Source: an uncultured Chloroflexia bacterium (GTDB lineage Bacteria; Chloroflexota; Limnocylindria; Limnocylindrales; CSP1-4). From it: DNA of 64,000 nucleotides. The translations under genes were made by a program, and so were the position numbers. Shown piece after piece: positions 60,710-64,000 of this stretch; within the stretch, counting starts at the first letter, position 1; the number at the start of each line of letters is the position of its first letter. The notes beneath the pieces are model-generated. The model worked only from the letters and a program-made list of their open reading frames with translations. It had not been told where the DNA came from and ran no database searches. Location of the stretch: NCBI GenBank assembly GCA_963768655.1, contig CAVYIM010000005.1, positions 160,001 to 224,000 of the forward strand, in the 5' to 3' direction.

Positions 60710-60973
60710 ATGGACGGCAGCCGAAGTCACAGGATCGTGATCGCGACCATTGCCGCGGCGTGCGCCGCTGGCGTCGCCTTCGGAATCGCGACCTTGGGCG
60801 GGTTCGGTGCCTCCGGGGCGGGAGACCTGCTCGTCTCGTCGACGCCCGCGGCCAGCACCGTGCTTCTCCTGATCGGCCTTCTCGTGATGGCCCAGCTCGA
60901 ATGGTCGCGCCTGACCGGCCGGCGATCGAGCCGCCCGGCGCGCGCCTCGGTCCCGGAGCCGGCACGCGCCTGA
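60710..60973 (+). CDS. small two-TM membrane protein
   Basis: GGAGG RBS, two hydrophobic segments. Confidence 0.6.
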   Translation: MDGSRSHRIVIATIAAACAAGVAFGIATLGGFGASGAGDLLVSSTPAASTVLLLIGLLVMAQLEWSRLTGRRSSRPARASVPEPARA

Positions 60974-61273
60974 TCGATTGAGCAGCCTCTGAGCAGCCTC
61001 GGCACCGATGATCTGCCGATCCCCATCGTCTCCTCCCTCAACGCGCCCGGACTCCGCGCGTCCATGGACCGCCCCGCCGCCGAACAATCCGCCGACGGGG
61101 CGGCCCGCCACTCGCCGGCCCTTCTGAAGCCACCCCTCCGCTCGCCAGGCCCCGAACCTGTCCGACGATCGATGGTCGCTCGTGCATGGCTGCCGTGCCA
61201 CTCTCTCAATCGCGGCTCCGAGGGGGCGAAGACCATGCGGCGCTGCTCAACGGCCGGCAGGGGACGACTCCGA

Positions 61274-62590
61274 TCACGGTTCGATATCGCCTAGAAAGAC
61301 GTTCACGACCGTGCCACCAGGAGTGGCGGTGGCGAGGACGGCCCAATTCTCAAAAGCTTGAAGACAGAAAAGGCCCTGCACCTGCGGCACTGAACCGTCC
61401 GCGGGCAGCAACTGCCACGTCACCCCGTCTTTCGAGAGCCAGACACTCTCGTTGAGCCCAACGGGTGGCATCGTGGGCCCACCCATAATCATCTGATCGG
61501 CCAGGTGGCTCGATCCAATGGCCACTAGTGTGTCACCGACGACCGTCGCGGCGTCGATCATGGTCGCGGGATCGCGTGCTGGCGCTATCGACTCGACCCA
61601 ATTTCGACCGTCGATCGAAGACCAAGAGGCCCCATCGGTAACGTCTGTTCCGGCTCCTAGAAGGATCACACGATCCTTGAAGGCCACGATCGAGGTCGGC
61701 GCAAAGCCCGTCAGAACCGCCGGTGACTTCTGCCAACTGCGTCCGTCAACCGACGTCCACACAGCCGGGTTCTGTCCGAGCGTGTCATTGGCGACCGCCG
61801 CGAATCCACCCGTCCAGGCTGTCACCGCGATCGCCTGGTAGCCCGTCGCCTCGGGCATATTCACGTGGCTCCATGTGGTCCCATCGGCCGAATACCAGGC
61901 GTCCAGGGTATAGCTCGTCCCCACGCCGTGGTCGCCCAAGGCGACGATCTGGCCGGGACGGGCCGCAACGCCGGCGATCTCAGCCCCTGTCGACACCTCG
62001 ACCTGGGCCAGCGCGAACGACCGGCCGTCCAACGAGTGCCACATGACCGGCGTCGGCGTTTGGAACTGTCCGACCAGATCGTCCCCGACTATGACCAGGC
62101 CGCCGGCCCCGTCATCGGACATGGCCCGAGGCACGAAGTCGCTTTCGAACGTCGCTGGTTCGGATGCTCGGCTCCAGGTCACGCCGTCGGCCGAGGACCA
62201 GACCTCGGCTGCCCCGCCATGGCCAACCATCATGTACAGGTGGCCGCCGACCGTTGCAACGTACGGGCCCCAGACGGACTCGGTGGGTACCTGAGACTGG
62301 GCCTGCCACCGGATCCCGACGTGCGACCCGGCGTTGCCCTCCGGAAGCCGGCCTACAGCAATTCCAAGTGCGGCCACGGCCAGGATCGCTGCCACCGCGA
62401 GGCCGATGAGTCCGGCAAGTCGAGACTCGTGACCGAACAGACGGGCGGTATGGCTGGGCGCTCTCGACCGCGGCATAGTCGCCCCAACGCGGTCGGACGC
62501 CACGGCTCGCTGGAGTCGGGGCGACGGTTCGGGACTGGGGGCGCACTGGAAGCGGGCCGCCAGCCACGCCTCGAAATCGGCGTCATTCAT
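61274..62590 (-). CDS. putative anti-sigma factor with extracytoplasmic BNR/Asp-box propeller
   Basis: N-terminal helix, TM, SADGVTW/SADGTTW/SVDGRSW/SIDGRNW/SKDGVTW; overlaps the sigma stop. Confidence 0.78.
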   Translation of the reverse strand: MNDADFEAWLAARFQCAPSPEPSPRLQRAVASDRVGATMPRSRAPSHTARLFGHESRLAGLIGLAVAAILAVAALGIAVGRLPEGNAGSHVGIRWQAQSQVPTESVWGPYVATVGGHLYMMVGHGGAAEVWSSADGVTWSRASEPATFESDFVPRAMSDDGAGGLVIVGDDLVGQFQTPTPVMWHSLDGRSFALAQVEVSTGAEIAGVAARPGQIVALGDHGVGTSYTLDAWYSADGTTWSHVNMPEATGYQAIAVTAWTGGFAAVANDTLGQNPAVWTSVDGRSWQKSPAVLTGFAPTSIVAFKDRVILLGAGTDVTDGASWSSIDGRNWVESIAPARDPATMIDAATVVGDTLVAIGSSHLADQMIMGGPTMPPVGLNESVWLSKDGVTWQLLPADGSVPQVQGLFCLQAFENWAVLATATPGGTVVNVFLGDIEP

Positions 62591-63123
62591 CGCACTACCT
62601 CACGAAGCTCGTGCTCCGGGTCTCGCTCGAGCCGGCCACGCATAGCAGTCAGGGCGTGGTGAAGTCTCGACTTGACCGTACCGAGTGGCCAACCAAGCCG
62701 CTCTGCGATCTGCTCGAGAGAAAGGTCGCGCCAGAAACGCAGCACGACGAGGATCCGCTGATCCGGCGTGAGCGCATCGAAAGCGCTGCTCAACTGCTCG
62801 CGATCGAGGAAGTCGCGGAAGGGGTTGCGCGCCTCCAGTTGCTGGCCTGCCTCCAGGTCAACGATCTGGATTGCCTTTGATCGGCGCAGGTGATCTCGGC
62901 AGATGTTGATGAGGATTCGGTCGAGCCAGACATCGAAGGCGCCGGGATCGCGCAGCGACCGCCGTGATTGCCAGGCGCGAGCCATCGTCTCCTGGGCCAC
63001 GTCCTCCGCTTCGTTCGGATCGCCCATCACGTAGCCAGCCAAGCCGTATGCACGCTTGAGTGACGAGTCGCAGAGCGCTGCGAATGCCGCATCGCTCTGA
63101 TCCGGTCCGTTGGGCACGGTCAT
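62587..63123 (-). CDS. ECF RNA polymerase sigma factor
   Basis: AEDVAQE, WLDRILINICRD, QIAERLGWPLGTVKSRL. Confidence 0.92.
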   Translation of the reverse strand: MTVPNGPDQSDAAFAALCDSSLKRAYGLAGYVMGDPNEAEDVAQETMARAWQSRRSLRDPGAFDVWLDRILINICRDHLRRSKAIQIVDLEAGQQLEARNPFRDFLDREQLSSAFDALTPDQRILVVLRFWRDLSLEQIAERLGWPLGTVKSRLHHALTAMRGRLERDPEHELREVVR

Positions 63124-63380
63124 GGGAAGGAGTCTCCCGCCGAGAGTCTCGCCAGTGGTCGCCTTCGGGGCCGGACTCAATCGCTGCCCATCAACTAAGG
63201 ACGAACGCGCTACGCCTTTGGTTCTCCGTCCGGTGGCGTGGACCTCGCCTCGGCTCCAGTGTAGGTGACGCAGGAACCACGGGATGCGCGGCGCCGGGCG
63301 AGGGGGCACAGCCGCTCGCCGGGCCCCGATCCTGTCCGATGACCCTCACACGACTCGCATCCGCGCGCTAACATCCCGAC

Positions 63381-63860
63381 GTGGCAATCGAGACGCCGCT
63401 TCCTCCAAGCATCACCGACGACGCCCGTCCGGCAGGGGCGTCGCTCACGGTCCTGTACGACGGCGGCTGCGGAGTCTGCAGCGAGACGGTCCGCCATCTG
63501 CGCCGCTGGGACCGTGACGGCCGGATGGAGTTCCTCCCCCTGGCGGCGGCCGCGAGCTCGGGCCGCCCGATCCTGGAGCGACTCGCCACCGAGGGGCACC
63601 TCGCGGACGCGATCCACGTCGTCAACGAGTCGACGGGCCAGGTCGTGACCGGCGGTCATGCGGCGCTGGCCCTCCTCGACGCGCTCCCGGGCGGCTGGCT
63701 GCTCCGACCCTGGGCCGCGCTGCCGCCGACGGCCCTGGCCGCCGACGCGGTTTATCGGGTCGCCAGCCGGCACCGCGATTGCCTGGCGTGGCTGATGGGC
63801 ATGCGCAACGAGGTCAGCTGCCCGGTCGCGCCGCTCGAGTCGGTAGAACCGGACCGCTGA
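63381..63860 (+). CDS. DCC1-like thiol-disulfide oxidoreductase (DUF393)
   Basis: VLYDGGCGVC motif, YRVASRHR. Confidence 0.85.
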   Translation: MAIETPLPPSITDDARPAGASLTVLYDGGCGVCSETVRHLRRWDRDGRMEFLPLAAAASSGRPILERLATEGHLADAIHVVNESTGQVVTGGHAALALLDALPGGWLLRPWAALPPTALAADAVYRVASRHRDCLAWLMGMRNEVSCPVAPLESVEPDR

Positions 63861-64000
63861 CGCTCTCGCGGCCGCCCGCCGACCGCCGGCATGGCGTGGG
63901 CGAGGGCAATCGCCACCGTGACGCCCTCCTGTCCCCGGGCGCTGTGCCGACTTCTCCTTCGAGACGCCCAATCCGTCGGCAGCCGGGCGCCCCGCTGAAA

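Noticed and set aside
60976-61273. Small ORF after the two-TM gene
   Set aside because: No convincing start, RBS or protein features.

Overview
GC-rich bacterial chromosome segment. Gene style and content suggest Chloroflexota, possibly Limnocylindria; this is an inference. Housekeeping and metabolic genes include gltBD, a GabT-like aminotransferase, lhgO, lepB, an aldehyde dehydrogenase, ada, adenosine deaminase, a polar amino-acid ABC operon, lpdA/E2/lipA, nnrE, ppc, tRNA-Arg(TCT) and tRNA-Glu(CTC). Accessory content includes three ECF sigma factors each followed by a single-TM putative anti-sigma, secreted lipoproteins (one a serpin), an orphan N4/N6 DNA methyltransferase, and two stand-alone XRE-HTH/PD-(D/E)xK nuclease fusions. 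Main observations: (1) the two HTH-nuclease genes, 43 kb apart, share a helically phased operator-like array at identical spacing from a leaderless -10 and a related 3' motif. (2) All six apparent frameshifts are +1 insertions in only two motifs (CGAATCGG and CCWGG), which points to methylation-driven basecalling errors rather than pseudogenes. (3) A secreted protein carries four QPGQ repeats behind a structured leader. (4) Structured 5' leaders precede gltB and a CxxC-x17-CxxC zinc-ribbon gene. (5) A possible degenerate att copy of the tRNA-Arg 3' end bounds a lipoprotein/ECF cluster. No CRISPR array, integrase or transposase was recognised.
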